Origin: Rhodothermales bacterium
Lineage (GTDB): Bacteria > Bacteroidota > Rhodothermia > Rhodothermales > VXPQ01
Direction of reading: 5' to 3'
NCBI GenBank assembly: GCA_040904565.1
Contig: JBBDTI010000091.1
Coordinates: 1-60,358 of the forward strand
Length of the DNA stretch: 60,358 nt
The notes beneath the pieces were generated by a model, which ran no database searches, was not told where the DNA came from, and was given only the letters and a program-made list of their open reading frames with translations. Below are positions 47,955 through 57,436 of the stretch, in pieces; positions within the stretch are counted from its first letter, which is position 1; the number at the start of each line of letters is the position of its first letter. The position numbers were made by a program, and so were the translations under genes.

Positions 47955-48959
47955 GTGCCGGACGCAACCGTCGTCTATACGCATATCGAAGCGGCGGCGA
48001 AACGTATCGCGGGCGCCGCTAACGTGACGCCCGTCCATACGTCGAAAACACTCGACGAACACGTGGGGGCGCGGATCTTCTTCAAGTGCGAGAATTTCCA
48101 GCGCGCCGGGGCGTTCAAGTTCAGAGGGGCCTACAATGCCCTGTCACTTCTGTCGGATGCGAAGCGGCGAAGGGGCGTTCTCTCCTATTCGTCGGGCAAT
48201 CACGCGCAGGCGGTCGCGCTGGCTGGACGCGAACTGGGCATCGAGACCACCATTATCATGCCCGAGGACGCACCGCGCGTGAAGCTCGAGGCAACCCGAG
48301 GCTACGGGGCCCAGGTCGTCACCTACGACCGAGAAGAGATCACCCGTGAAGAACTCGCGCGTCAGATAGCCGACGACCGCGGCCTCCCCATCATCCCGCC
48401 CTACGATCATCCGCATATCGTAGCCGGACAGGGAACGGCGGCCCGCGAATTCATCCGGGAGGTGGGCGACCTGGATCTGCTGCTGGTGTGCTGCGGCGGG
48501 GGCGGACTCCTTTCCGGGTCGGCCGTTGCCGCTCGAGCACTTCTTCCGAACTGCAAGATCGTCGGCGTCGAGCCCGAGCAGGCCGACGACGCAGCCCGCT
48601 CCTTTCGTACCGGCACACTGCATACGGTGCACAACCCCGACACCGTGGCTGACGGCGCGCGAACGCCGTCGCTCGGCGAGGTGACGTTTCCCCTAATTCT
48701 CGAGCACGTCGATGCCTTCATGACCGTTTCCGAGCGAGCTATCGTTCGCGCCATGCACTTCCTCTGGCAGCGCATGAAGCTCGTCGTGGAGCCGACCGGC
48801 GCACTGGCCGCCGCTGCCCTGTTTGACGACGACAAATGGGCCGCCCTGTTCGGCGAGGAAGCACCGGAGCGTCCTGGACGTATCGGCGTCGTCATCAGCG
48901 GCGGCAACGTCGAGCTTCCGGCGGCCGTCGACCTCTTTCGCACCTACGACCTCGAGTAA
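47955..48959 (+). CDS. PLP-dependent serine/threonine dehydratase family (threo-3-hydroxyaspartate ammonia-lyase-like)
   Basis: KCENFQRAGAFKFRGA, SSGNHAQ, GGGGL, EPTGA, SGGN; no ACT domain. Confidence 0.9.
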   Translation: MPDATVVYTHIEAAAKRIAGAANVTPVHTSKTLDEHVGARIFFKCENFQRAGAFKFRGAYNALSLLSDAKRRRGVLSYSSGNHAQAVALAGRELGIETTIIMPEDAPRVKLEATRGYGAQVVTYDREEITREELARQIADDRGLPIIPPYDHPHIVAGQGTAAREFIREVGDLDLLLVCCGGGGLLSGSAVAARALLPNCKIVGVEPEQADDAARSFRTGTLHTVHNPDTVADGARTPSLGEVTFPLILEHVDAFMTVSERAIVRAMHFLWQRMKLVVEPTGALAAAALFDDDKWAALFGEEAPERPGRIGVVISGGNVELPAAVDLFRTYDLE

Positions 48960-49747
48960 TGCCCTTCGACGAAGCGACGCACAGGTACCTGGATCGGCTC
49001 GTCGAACATTTCGAGCGGCCGACGTTCATCGACACCGACCCCATCTCCATCCCGCACGGATTTGACGATCCACGCGATCGAGAGGTCATCGGACTCTTTG
49101 CCGCCCTGCTTGCCTGGGGACGCCGCGAGACGGTGCTCATGAAGATGGCCGAGCTCTGCGAGCGCATGAGCTACCGCCCCTACGCGTTCGTACGAAAGTT
49201 CGACCCGGAGAGAGACGCATCCGCGCTGGAGGGCTTCAAACACCGGACCTTTCAGCCGCAAGATGCCTTCTGGCTGACGCACAACCTGGGCCGCCTGCTT
49301 CGCGCACACGAAACGGTCGAGGAGATCTTCGTCCGCCACCTGCCCCTCGGCGCCGAACACGTGGGCCCCGCGATTCAGGGCTTCAGTGAGTCGATCATGT
49401 CGGCCGACGACAGAACGCCCTCCCGCCTGCGGAAGCACCTCGCCCGCCCGGAAGCCGGGAGCGCGTGCAAGCGGCTGAATATGTACCTGAGATGGATGGT
49501 TCGCCCGGGACCCGTCGATCTGGGCGTATGGAAGCGCATCGCGACCTATCAGCTCATGCTGCCGGTCGACGTACACGCGGGTCGACAGGCCCGCGAGATG
49601 GGCCTGCTGAAACGCCGCTCTAACGACTGGAAGGCGTGCCTCGAACTGACCGAGAACTGCCGGAAACTGGACGCCTCCGACCCCGCCCGCTACGACTTCG
49701 CCTTCTTCGGCGTCGGCGTGCACGGAGAACCCGAGCTGACGTCATGA
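48959..49747 (+). CDS. TIGR02757 family protein (DUF2400)
   Basis: DPISIPH, AWG, SACKRLNMYLRWMVR, DLGVW, PVDVH, DPARYDFA; ATG overlaps the upstream TAA. Confidence 0.9.
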   Translation: MPFDEATHRYLDRLVEHFERPTFIDTDPISIPHGFDDPRDREVIGLFAALLAWGRRETVLMKMAELCERMSYRPYAFVRKFDPERDASALEGFKHRTFQPQDAFWLTHNLGRLLRAHETVEEIFVRHLPLGAEHVGPAIQGFSESIMSADDRTPSRLRKHLARPEAGSACKRLNMYLRWMVRPGPVDLGVWKRIATYQLMLPVDVHAGRQAREMGLLKRRSNDWKACLELTENCRKLDASDPARYDFAFFGVGVHGEPELTS

Positions 49748-49763
49748 TGCCCGAGCGAGCCCT

Positions 49764-50297
49764 CTATTCGTCTATAACGGGATCGAACAGCGTGGGCTGC
49801 GCCTCCTTGCCTACGCGGCGATAGGCGCGGTCGAAATAGACGAGCGGAAAACCATCCTCATCCGTGTCGAGCAGCTCGACGACCCGACCCAGCATGATCG
49901 AATGGTCACCGGCGTCGTAGACGGCGTGACGCGCGCACAGCATCACGGCCAGCGCGCCCGACAGAATGGGGGTGCCGTGTTCGTCGACGGAATACGTAAC
50001 GTCCTGGAACTGCTCCGCACCGGTTAGATCGGGCGTGGCAAAGTGATCCGAAAGCGGGGCCTGGTCGTCCGCCAGCACGTGGACGGCGAATCGATCTGCC
50101 GCCGTCAACACCTCGTGGATGCGTGCTTCCCGGCTGACGTTGAAGGAAATCAACGGTGGACGAAGCGAGGTGCTCGTGAACGAACCAATCGTGATGCCGC
50201 GCAGCTCATCCTCTCCCGCAACCGTCACGATCGTGACGGGCGACGGTACGTGCCGCATGACGAGACGTAGCGCCTCACCGTCGATCCGATTCTGCAT
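49764..50297 (-). CDS. Flavin reductase-like protein
   Basis: VTIVT, SFTSTSLRPPL, FAVHVL, AGDH. Confidence 0.9.
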   Translation of the reverse strand: MQNRIDGEALRLVMRHVPSPVTIVTVAGEDELRGITIGSFTSTSLRPPLISFNVSREARIHEVLTAADRFAVHVLADDQAPLSDHFATPDLTGAEQFQDVTYSVDEHGTPILSGALAVMLCARHAVYDAGDHSIMLGRVVELLDTDEDGFPLVYFDRAYRRVGKEAQPTLFDPVIDE

Positions 50298-51463
50298 TAC
50301 GTGAACACGTCTTTAACCTTACTGAAGAACGACTTGCGCCGATCTTCCTTCTCCGGTTGCGGCTGGAAGGACGCCGCATCACGTAGCGACTCGACCATCT
50401 CGCGTTCCTCATCGGTCAGCTTGAGCGGCGTCCAGACGTGGACACGTATCATCTCGTCACCGCGGCGCATCCCATTCAGCTCCGGAATACCGCGTTCGCG
50501 CATGCGCAGGATTTTGCCCGACTGCACGCCGGGATCGATCTGGAGGCGCGCCTTTCCTTTCAGCGTCGGCACGTCGACTTCCGTACCGAGCGCCGCTTCG
50601 GGAAATGAGATGTACAGGTCGTGGAAAATGTCCAGACCTTCTCTCGTAAAGTCTTCGTGCGGCAGCTCCTCGATCTCGACGCGCAGGTCGCCCGCCGGAC
50701 CGCCTCGCAATCCCGCATTCCCGGCTCCACGCAGGGTAAGGTAGTTTCCCTCGAGTACGCCGGCCGGCACGTTGATCGTGATCGTCTCCTCGCCTTTCTG
50801 ACGTCCTTCACCATCGCACGACGTGCACTTGTTGCGGATCGTCCGCCCCTCGCCACGGCACGCCGGACACGGTTGTACGTTGACGAATTGACCGAACACG
50901 GAGCGCGACACCTGGCGGAGCTCCCCGCTGCCCTGGCAGGTCGAGCACGTATCGTAGCCCGCGTCCCCGTCTTCGGCACCGGACCCGTCGCAGGCCTCGC
51001 ACACGACGAACTTGCGGACCTTGATCTTTTTTTCGGTGCCTTCGGCGAGATCCTCCAGACTCAGAGGAAGCTTGATGCGCAGATCGCTGCCCGTCCGGCC
51101 ACCCCTGCGACGCCCTCCACGGCGGCGCTGCCCCGTGAACACCTCCTCGAAAATGGTCCCCGAGCCTCCGAAAATGTCGCTGAACGCGCTGAATATGTCG
51201 TTAATATCCTGGAATCCGGGCTGCTGGCCGGCTCCACCGTTGCCGCGTACGCCGGCATGCCCGAACCGGTCGTACCGCTTACGTTTTTCCGCGTTGGAGA
51301 GTACTTCGTAGGCTTCGGCCGCCTCCTTGAACTGCTGCTCCGCCTCCTCGTCATCCGGATTCCGGTCCGGATGATACTTGAGCGCGAGCTTCCTGTACGC
51401 CCGCTTCAGCTCTTCCTGACTCGCGCCCCGATCGACTCCGAGGATCTCGTAATAATCTCTCAT
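50297..51463 (-). CDS. dnaJ: Chaperone DnaJ
   Basis: J domain with HPD, G/F region, four CxxCxGxG repeats. Confidence 0.98.
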   Translation of the reverse strand: MRDYYEILGVDRGASQEELKRAYRKLALKYHPDRNPDDEEAEQQFKEAAEAYEVLSNAEKRKRYDRFGHAGVRGNGGAGQQPGFQDINDIFSAFSDIFGGSGTIFEEVFTGQRRRGGRRRGGRTGSDLRIKLPLSLEDLAEGTEKKIKVRKFVVCEACDGSGAEDGDAGYDTCSTCQGSGELRQVSRSVFGQFVNVQPCPACRGEGRTIRNKCTSCDGEGRQKGEETITINVPAGVLEGNYLTLRGAGNAGLRGGPAGDLRVEIEELPHEDFTREGLDIFHDLYISFPEAALGTEVDVPTLKGKARLQIDPGVQSGKILRMRERGIPELNGMRRGDEMIRVHVWTPLKLTDEEREMVESLRDAASFQPQPEKEDRRKSFFSKVKDVFT

Positions 51464-51548
51464 GTGGTTCGATGGTCGGTCATAGGTTGCAGCCGGTAGT
51501 CGCGGTTGGATGCCGCGCTCGGCCCTCTACCTGAAACCGCGGGTGCGA

Positions 51549-52205
51549 TTAGGAGGATACGATAACTTTGCTGTGGCGCAGGACGCGGTCACCCATTCGG
51601 TAACCTTTCTGGATCTCGTCGACGACCACGCCGGGATCCGTCCCTTCGATCTCGCGCTGCATCATGGCCTCGTGCAGGTTCTCGTCGAACGGCTGTCCGA
51701 CGGCCTCAATGGGCTCCACGCCGAGTTTAGCGAGTTCGTCCTTGAACTTCTTGTAGACGAGCACTACGCCCTGCTTCAACGCTTCGTAGGCCGGACCTGG
51801 CTGCTCCGATTCTTTTTCCTCGACCTGTTCGGCCGCATCGAGCGACCGATCGAAGTCGTCCAGCACGTCGAGAAACTGCTGGATAACCTGGCTGCGCCCG
51901 ATCTCCACGAGGACCTTCTTCTCCTCTTCGGTCCGGCGTCGGTAGTTCTTGAACTCCGCAACCTTGCGGAGAAGCTGATCCTGGGCGTCCTGGAGCTTCT
52001 GATTCAGGTCGTCTATCTCCCCGGCCTGCCCGGCCAGCTCATCTACCGCGGCCAGCGCGATATCGGCCGCGTCCTCGTTATCTTCCATCTGTCCACTTAT
52101 TCGTTCGCGTACGTCGTCGCGCTCGCGCTCGGCGCGATCGCCCTCGCTCGATTTCGACTGCTTCTTGTACAACTCAGAAGCTTCCTGCCTCTTCTTACCT
52201 TCCAC
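51549..52205 (-). CDS. grpE: Nucleotide exchange factor GrpE
   Basis: AEFKNYRRR, FDENLHEA, QKGY...VLRHSKVIV; start uncertain. Confidence 0.95.
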   Translation of the reverse strand: MEGKKRQEASELYKKQSKSSEGDRAERERDDVRERISGQMEDNEDAADIALAAVDELAGQAGEIDDLNQKLQDAQDQLLRKVAEFKNYRRRTEEEKKVLVEIGRSQVIQQFLDVLDDFDRSLDAAEQVEEKESEQPGPAYEALKQGVVLVYKKFKDELAKLGVEPIEAVGQPFDENLHEAMMQREIEGTDPGVVVDEIQKGYRMGDRVLRHSKVIVSS

Positions 52206-52238
52206 GCTGCTTCTATTTAGTCCTAGAATCTTCCCGTC

Positions 52239-53336
52239 TCAGTTCTGGGGAGCCGATCGATCTTTGTCCTGCCTACTCAGCAGGGTCGCGATGTTCTCTA
52301 CCAGCGCAATGATACGCTCGTAATCCATACGCATCGGACCGATCACACCGACCGTACCGACGGCGCGTCCGATCTTGTAGGGGGCCGTCACGATCGAGTA
52401 CCGCTCCACCTTCTCCTGATTATTCTCTCGCCCGATCCGAATCGTGGCGTGCCCCGCCTCGTCTTCGGAGGCGCGGCGATCTTCCAGCATGTGGACGACG
52501 TAGTCTTCGTCTTCCAGCATCTCGATCAGATTTCTCAGATCGGACGCTTCTTGAAACTCAGGTTGCAGAAGGATGTTTTGCGTCCCCGCGTACTGCAGGC
52601 GCCGCGTCTCTGCCGGATCGCTGAACAGCAGCGCTCCTTCGTTCAATACCAGTCGCACGATACCGTTGCCGTCGTCTCGCAGATCTCGCACGCGAGCCGG
52701 ATACGTACGCCGGATCTCCTCGAGGGAAAGACCGGCCAGGCGTTCGTTCAGAATACGGACCACGCGGTCCAGATCCCTCCGGTTTAAATCGGACTCCAGC
52801 TCCAGCACGATCGTTTTCACGAGTCCGCCCTTCACGCTCACCACAAACATGATGCGTGAAGAGGAGAGCTGTACTACTTCCATGCGCTCGAGTATTCCAC
52901 TCGAGAGCTTTGGAGCCAGAACAACCCCCAGTAAACTCGAAAAACGGCCGAGGAGCCTCGAAGACTCCTTGAATAACTCTTCCGTGTTGCCGATAAGCCG
53001 ATCCAGTTCGGCCTGGAGGGTCATCTTTTCGAACTTCGACAGACGCGGAGATCCCATCAACTCGTCGACGAACGTACGGTAGCCGAATTCCGTCGGAACG
53101 CGGCCGGCGGACGTGTACGGCTGGTCGAGATATCCGTACTCCTCCAGGTCACTCATGGTGTTCCGGATCGACGCGGGGCTAAGTCCGATCCCAGATGACC
53201 TGGCGAGAAACCGTGATCCAACCGGACCGGCTTTGTCGATGAAGCTCGTCACGACCAGGCGGAGGATCTCACGCTCTCGATTCGTGAGCACGTGATCCGT
53301 CGTCGTAGACGCGTTGGGACGTTCCGACGTAGCCAT
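52239..53336 (-). CDS. hrcA: Heat-inducible transcription repressor HrcA
   Basis: PVGS, SPASIRN.M..LE, PYTSAGRVPT..GYR, GVIGPMRMDY; start taken at 53336 (track gives 53396). Confidence 0.95.
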   Translation of the reverse strand: MATSERPNASTTTDHVLTNREREILRLVVTSFIDKAGPVGSRFLARSSGIGLSPASIRNTMSDLEEYGYLDQPYTSAGRVPTEFGYRTFVDELMGSPRLSKFEKMTLQAELDRLIGNTEELFKESSRLLGRFSSLLGVVLAPKLSSGILERMEVVQLSSSRIMFVVSVKGGLVKTIVLELESDLNRRDLDRVVRILNERLAGLSLEEIRRTYPARVRDLRDDGNGIVRLVLNEGALLFSDPAETRRLQYAGTQNILLQPEFQEASDLRNLIEMLEDEDYVVHMLEDRRASEDEAGHATIRIGRENNQEKVERYSIVTAPYKIGRAVGTVGVIGPMRMDYERIIALVENIATLLSRQDKDRSAPQN

Positions 53337-53558
53337 AGCGGTTACTTCATCATCCTTGTATTGTCTCGACACTGCGGCCCCGCCATGAGGACGCATCGGC
53401 AGCCAGACGCCGGCAAGACGTCATCGCAAGATAGAGCCATCGGACCGCCGTTACCACGACCGGCTCAGGTTGGTCCGGTCGACCCTATCAACCAGACAGG
53501 TGGTCGTACAGACTACCCGTTCCTTGAGTTTCGCGCCGCAGGGGCGGCATGCCGGCTC

Positions 53559-54635
53559 CTACTCAACCCGCTCGAGCGTGGACTCACGCCGCATGTGGAC
53601 CTCCACGCCGTCCTCGCCTTCAAACCGGACATCCTCGCTGCGCTGCAGCGGTCGGGCGTCGCGCAGAGACTCCTGCGAGGAGGAATACCCCATCCGATCG
53701 GCGACTCGTTCGCCCCGACCCTCTTCCCGGCGGTCGACTCGCTGGTACCGGCTACGGTCTCCACCAAAAACGACGGCATCGTTCACACCGAGATGGATAC
53801 CAAAGTATCCGATTCCGTCTCCGAACCAGCCGCGTGACGGAGCACGGTGGCCGTAGTCTGCAAGCCACACTTCATCCTCCGGTAACAGCTCGATGGGCAC
53901 GTAGCCTCCATATCCGGAAGGATCGAACAGGCGGCTCCTCCTCACCGGTACGACCCGCTCCCGGCGGAAGTCCAGCCGACCGGCCCGGTAGCCGTCCCGT
54001 CGGTCGTACCGGTCCCACACCCGCCCTCCGTAGTATCTCGTCGAAATAACCTCGAAACCGTCGTGAGACGAACCGAGGATATAGAGCTGTCGATCAAAGC
54101 GCGTTTCGCCATCACGATACAGCGTGGCGCGCACGCTCGAGAGATTACCCGGAATTCGATCCACCGCTCCCACAAATCGACCGCCCTCAAACACCTCGAT
54201 CCGTTCGACGATTACGTCCAGCTCAGCGCGTCGGACATCGGCGCGACGCACGCGATGCCGGTAAACCGTGTGCAGCTCGATCCGTGCGTCGCGGCGCCGA
54301 CTACCCGTATCTACATACACGACCTGACGGTAGCGATAGCGCGGCGACCAGCCATGACGGTGCCTCGTCACCCACGGCCAGCGGACGTCGATACGGATGT
54401 GGGGCAGTCTTGCGTGATCGGCGCGCTCCTGAGATTGATGGGGCGACGCGTCGGCACCCCTCGTCTCGCCGCGTGCCCGCTGCGCCTGCGAGGGAACGGC
54501 CGTAGCGGCGGCGACGAACATCGGGATGACGAGAAAGACGAAAGGAAAGACGGCAGCTTGCGCGGCGGTTTGTATGGCCGCGGGTGCAGCACCTTTCGCC
54601 GTGAGGGCGGACGTGAATCGTCGTGTTAACCACAT
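53559..54635 (-). CDS. Hypothetical exported Arg/Tyr/Gly-rich protein
   Basis: Hydrophobic signal-like region ending SQA|Q; no family recognised. Confidence 0.55.
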   Translation of the reverse strand: MWLTRRFTSALTAKGAAPAAIQTAAQAAVFPFVFLVIPMFVAAATAVPSQAQRARGETRGADASPHQSQERADHARLPHIRIDVRWPWVTRHRHGWSPRYRYRQVVYVDTGSRRRDARIELHTVYRHRVRRADVRRAELDVIVERIEVFEGGRFVGAVDRIPGNLSSVRATLYRDGETRFDRQLYILGSSHDGFEVISTRYYGGRVWDRYDRRDGYRAGRLDFRRERVVPVRRSRLFDPSGYGGYVPIELLPEDEVWLADYGHRAPSRGWFGDGIGYFGIHLGVNDAVVFGGDRSRYQRVDRREEGRGERVADRMGYSSSQESLRDARPLQRSEDVRFEGEDGVEVHMRRESTLERVE

Positions 54636-54820
54636 GACGCGTACCGATCTGTGGAATAAGCAGTGAGCTCCGTATCAACGCCATCCAACAAAATCGTGCC
54701 ACGCCTATCGACGGCAGGCATCGGTCCGGCTGCCGCCACAGCGCACCCTTCTGAATGTCTCTATATGTCCACGAATTAAGACAGTGGATGCATCCGGCGG
54801 CGTACCTGTCCACCGGATCG

Positions 54821-55279
54821 CTATCGTGCCACGCCCCACACCATCGTCGAACCGATGTGGGCCGTCCAGGCGACGAGCACGCCCAGGGCGATAAGTACAG
54901 CCGCGATAAGCAGGCGGGACGGCAATGGGTCCGCTCGGAGGCCGAATCGTCGGGACCACCACGCCTGCGCCGTCACGAGCAGCGTGGCCAGGCAGGCTCC
55001 GATCAACGTGTACAGTGCCATTTGCTCGTGGAGGCCCACGAGCTCTTCGACGATGGGCACCCCTTCGGCCTGCTCCTCCATGCCATCACCCGTGAAATAG
55101 GCGAAGAAAGCGCCGACCGTCCCAAGACCGGTCAGCAGCCACGTCACGCCACGCCAGAACGCGGAGCCGCGGCAGAGCCAGACGGCGCCCGCGAACGCCG
55201 CGGCAACCAAAAGCGCGACGGGAAAATGTACCGTCAGCGGATGGAGCTCCGGAATCTGATATTGAAAGACGGCATCCAT
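54821..55279 (-). CDS. DUF2231 membrane protein
   Basis: LHPLTVHFPVALL, YFTG, conserved His, GSTMVW. Confidence 0.82.
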   Translation of the reverse strand: MDAVFQYQIPELHPLTVHFPVALLVAAAFAGAVWLCRGSAFWRGVTWLLTGLGTVGAFFAYFTGDGMEEQAEGVPIVEELVGLHEQMALYTLIGACLATLLVTAQAWWSRRFGLRADPLPSRLLIAAVLIALGVLVAWTAHIGSTMVWGVAR

Positions 55280-55486
55280 GGCATCAACTTAATAGCTGAC
55301 GCGGCGCACGGCAATACGGAACGGCACGCCCCGCTTCGTTTATACTCAGCAGCCGAATGACACAAACCCCGCGTCAACACCGTATCTTGAACGGGTGGCA
55401 GTCCGGGTCGTGCCCCTTCGGCGTGCACCCGGCGAAGCCGCGCCCACAACGCCTCCAGTCGTAGTTTCTCACATCCTGGTTCCACT

Positions 55487-57289
55487 ATGCGATTCCTCTC
55501 CAACCTGGCTGCCAGCGCCATCGGTACACTCGTCGCGTTCGGCATCGTGTTCTTTATGGGGATGCTGATCTTCTTCGCCGTCGTGGCGGCCTCCGACCAG
55601 ACGCCGCGCGTTTCGGACAGTTCGGTGCTCGTCCTGGATCTCAGCGGGCCGATCCCGGAGGTCGTCTCGGGGGACCCGCTCCGCAGGGCATTGTCCGACG
55701 AGCCCGGCTACGGTCTTCACGACGCCGTCTCGGCCCTCGATAAGGCGGCAAGCGACGACCGCATCGACGCCGTCTGGATGCAGATGAAAGGTGTCAGCAG
55801 TCCGTGGGCCAATCTCCAGGAGCTGCGCAGCGCCCTCCTACGGTTCAAGGAGACGGGGAAGCCCGTATTTGCTTCCGGTAACGACTACATGATGACGGAA
55901 CGGGACTATTTCCTGGCCAGTGCGGCGGACAGCGTGTTTGCGTCGGAGCAGGCCATGTTCGAGTTCAACGGCTTCTTCATCACTACGTGGTTCTATCAGA
56001 ATCTGCTGGAGAATCTCGAGATCGAGCCGCAGATCATCCGAGCGGGAACGTTCAAATCGGCCGTGGAACCGTTCATACGAGAAGATCTCTCGCCGGAAAA
56101 CGAAGAGCAGCTCACCGCGCTGATCGAGGCGCAGAACGACGTCTTCATGAGCGCCGTCGGGGCAAGTCGAGGAATGACCGTCGACGCGCTCAATCAGCTC
56201 GTCAACCAGCGAGCCGTCATCTCGGCGAAGGAGGCCTACGAAGAAGGACTGCTCGACGGACTTCTCTACGAGGATCAGGTGGTCGAGGCGATCAAAACGC
56301 GCATGGGATATGAAACGGACGAAGATCTGAACACGGTGTCGCTAACCGCCTACGTCCGCGTCCCCCCCTCCGACGCGGGGCTCGAGGTCAACACGGAGGG
56401 CGAGATTGCCATCGTCTACGCGGAAGGAGCCATCCTTAGCGGAGAAAGTTCGCCGGGTGATCCCCTTTCGGAAGCGACCATCGGCGCAGAGACCTTTAAG
56501 GACGCCATGGATCAGGCGCGTGAAAGCGACGCAGTCAAGGCCGTGGTCGTGCGCGTGAATTCTCCCGGGGGCTCCGCGAGCGCGTCGGATGCGATGTGGC
56601 GTGCCGTTCGTCGGACGGCCGACGAAAAACCCGTCATCATCTCGATGGGAAATCTCGCCGCCTCGGGCGGTTACTGGATCTCGACCGGCGCGGAAACGAT
56701 CGTCGCCGACCCCCTCACGATCACGGGCTCTATCGGCGTTTTTGCCATCTTGATGGACGCCAGCGGCTTCTTCGAAAACAAGATCGGCATCACGTTCGAC
56801 GGCGTACAGTCGAGCCCCTATGCCGATCTCTTCTCCGGCTTCCGATCTCTGGAACCGCACGAACGCGAACTGCTCCAGGGATGGGTAGACGACACCTACG
56901 ATGATTTCCTCGAACGCGTCGCCGCGAGCCGCGGATTGGACGTCTCCGACGTAGACGGTATCGCGCAGGGTCGGATATGGACGGGTATCGACGCGATGGA
57001 AATCGGACTCGTCGATACCCTGGGTACGCTCCGGGATGCCGTCCACCTGGCCGCGGACCGGGCCGAACTGGGCGACGGGCCGTATCGGGTACGCATCCTG
57101 CCGCGACCGCTCACCTTCATCGAAGAGCTGCAGCGCAGCATGAACGCGCGGGTTACGGCGGCCTGGGCCGACCTCACGTTGTCGCCGCAGGAAATCGCCC
57201 TTCTCGATCAGGCGCGGACCCTGCGCGGGCTGCTTCGCGACGCCGGATCCGTACAGGCGCGTCTACCCGTGGAGATCAGCATCCGCTAG
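55487..57289 (+). CDS. sppA: Signal peptide peptidase SppA, 67-kDa type
   Basis: YFLASAAD, GTFKSAVEP, RVNSPGGS, AASGGYW, TGSIGV, AQGRIWTG. Confidence 0.96.
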   Translation: MRFLSNLAASAIGTLVAFGIVFFMGMLIFFAVVAASDQTPRVSDSSVLVLDLSGPIPEVVSGDPLRRALSDEPGYGLHDAVSALDKAASDDRIDAVWMQMKGVSSPWANLQELRSALLRFKETGKPVFASGNDYMMTERDYFLASAADSVFASEQAMFEFNGFFITTWFYQNLLENLEIEPQIIRAGTFKSAVEPFIREDLSPENEEQLTALIEAQNDVFMSAVGASRGMTVDALNQLVNQRAVISAKEAYEEGLLDGLLYEDQVVEAIKTRMGYETDEDLNTVSLTAYVRVPPSDAGLEVNTEGEIAIVYAEGAILSGESSPGDPLSEATIGAETFKDAMDQARESDAVKAVVVRVNSPGGSASASDAMWRAVRRTADEKPVIISMGNLAASGGYWISTGAETIVADPLTITGSIGVFAILMDASGFFENKIGITFDGVQSSPYADLFSGFRSLEPHERELLQGWVDDTYDDFLERVAASRGLDVSDVDGIAQGRIWTGIDAMEIGLVDTLGTLRDAVHLAADRAELGDGPYRVRILPRPLTFIEELQRSMNARVTAAWADLTLSPQEIALLDQARTLRGLLRDAGSVQARLPVEISIR

Positions 57290-57290
57290 A

Positions 57291-57409
57291 GGCCGTTGAT
57301 AAACTGCGCATCTCCGCGTTGCACCCCTCGCCGATCACTGCGGCGTACATGAGTACGCCTCATTCTCGGCTTGTCGCGCGCCTTGATCTGCACAGTTTCT
57401 CCGCCGGCC
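57291..57409. repeat. MITE/REP-like element, copy 2 (apparently full length)
   Basis: Imperfect terminal inverted repeats GGCCGTTGATAAACTGCGCA...TGCACAGTTTCTCCGCCGGCC; central GGCGTAC-ATGA-GTACGCC hairpin. Confidence 0.8.
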
Positions 57410-57436
57410 CTGTGGGTCTGGATTGCGGCGAGATCG

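Noticed and set aside
54687-54701. Sigma54-like TGGCACGATTTTGTT upstream of the Arg-rich gene
   Set aside because: The -12 GC is missing or offset by one, so it is not reported as a feature.
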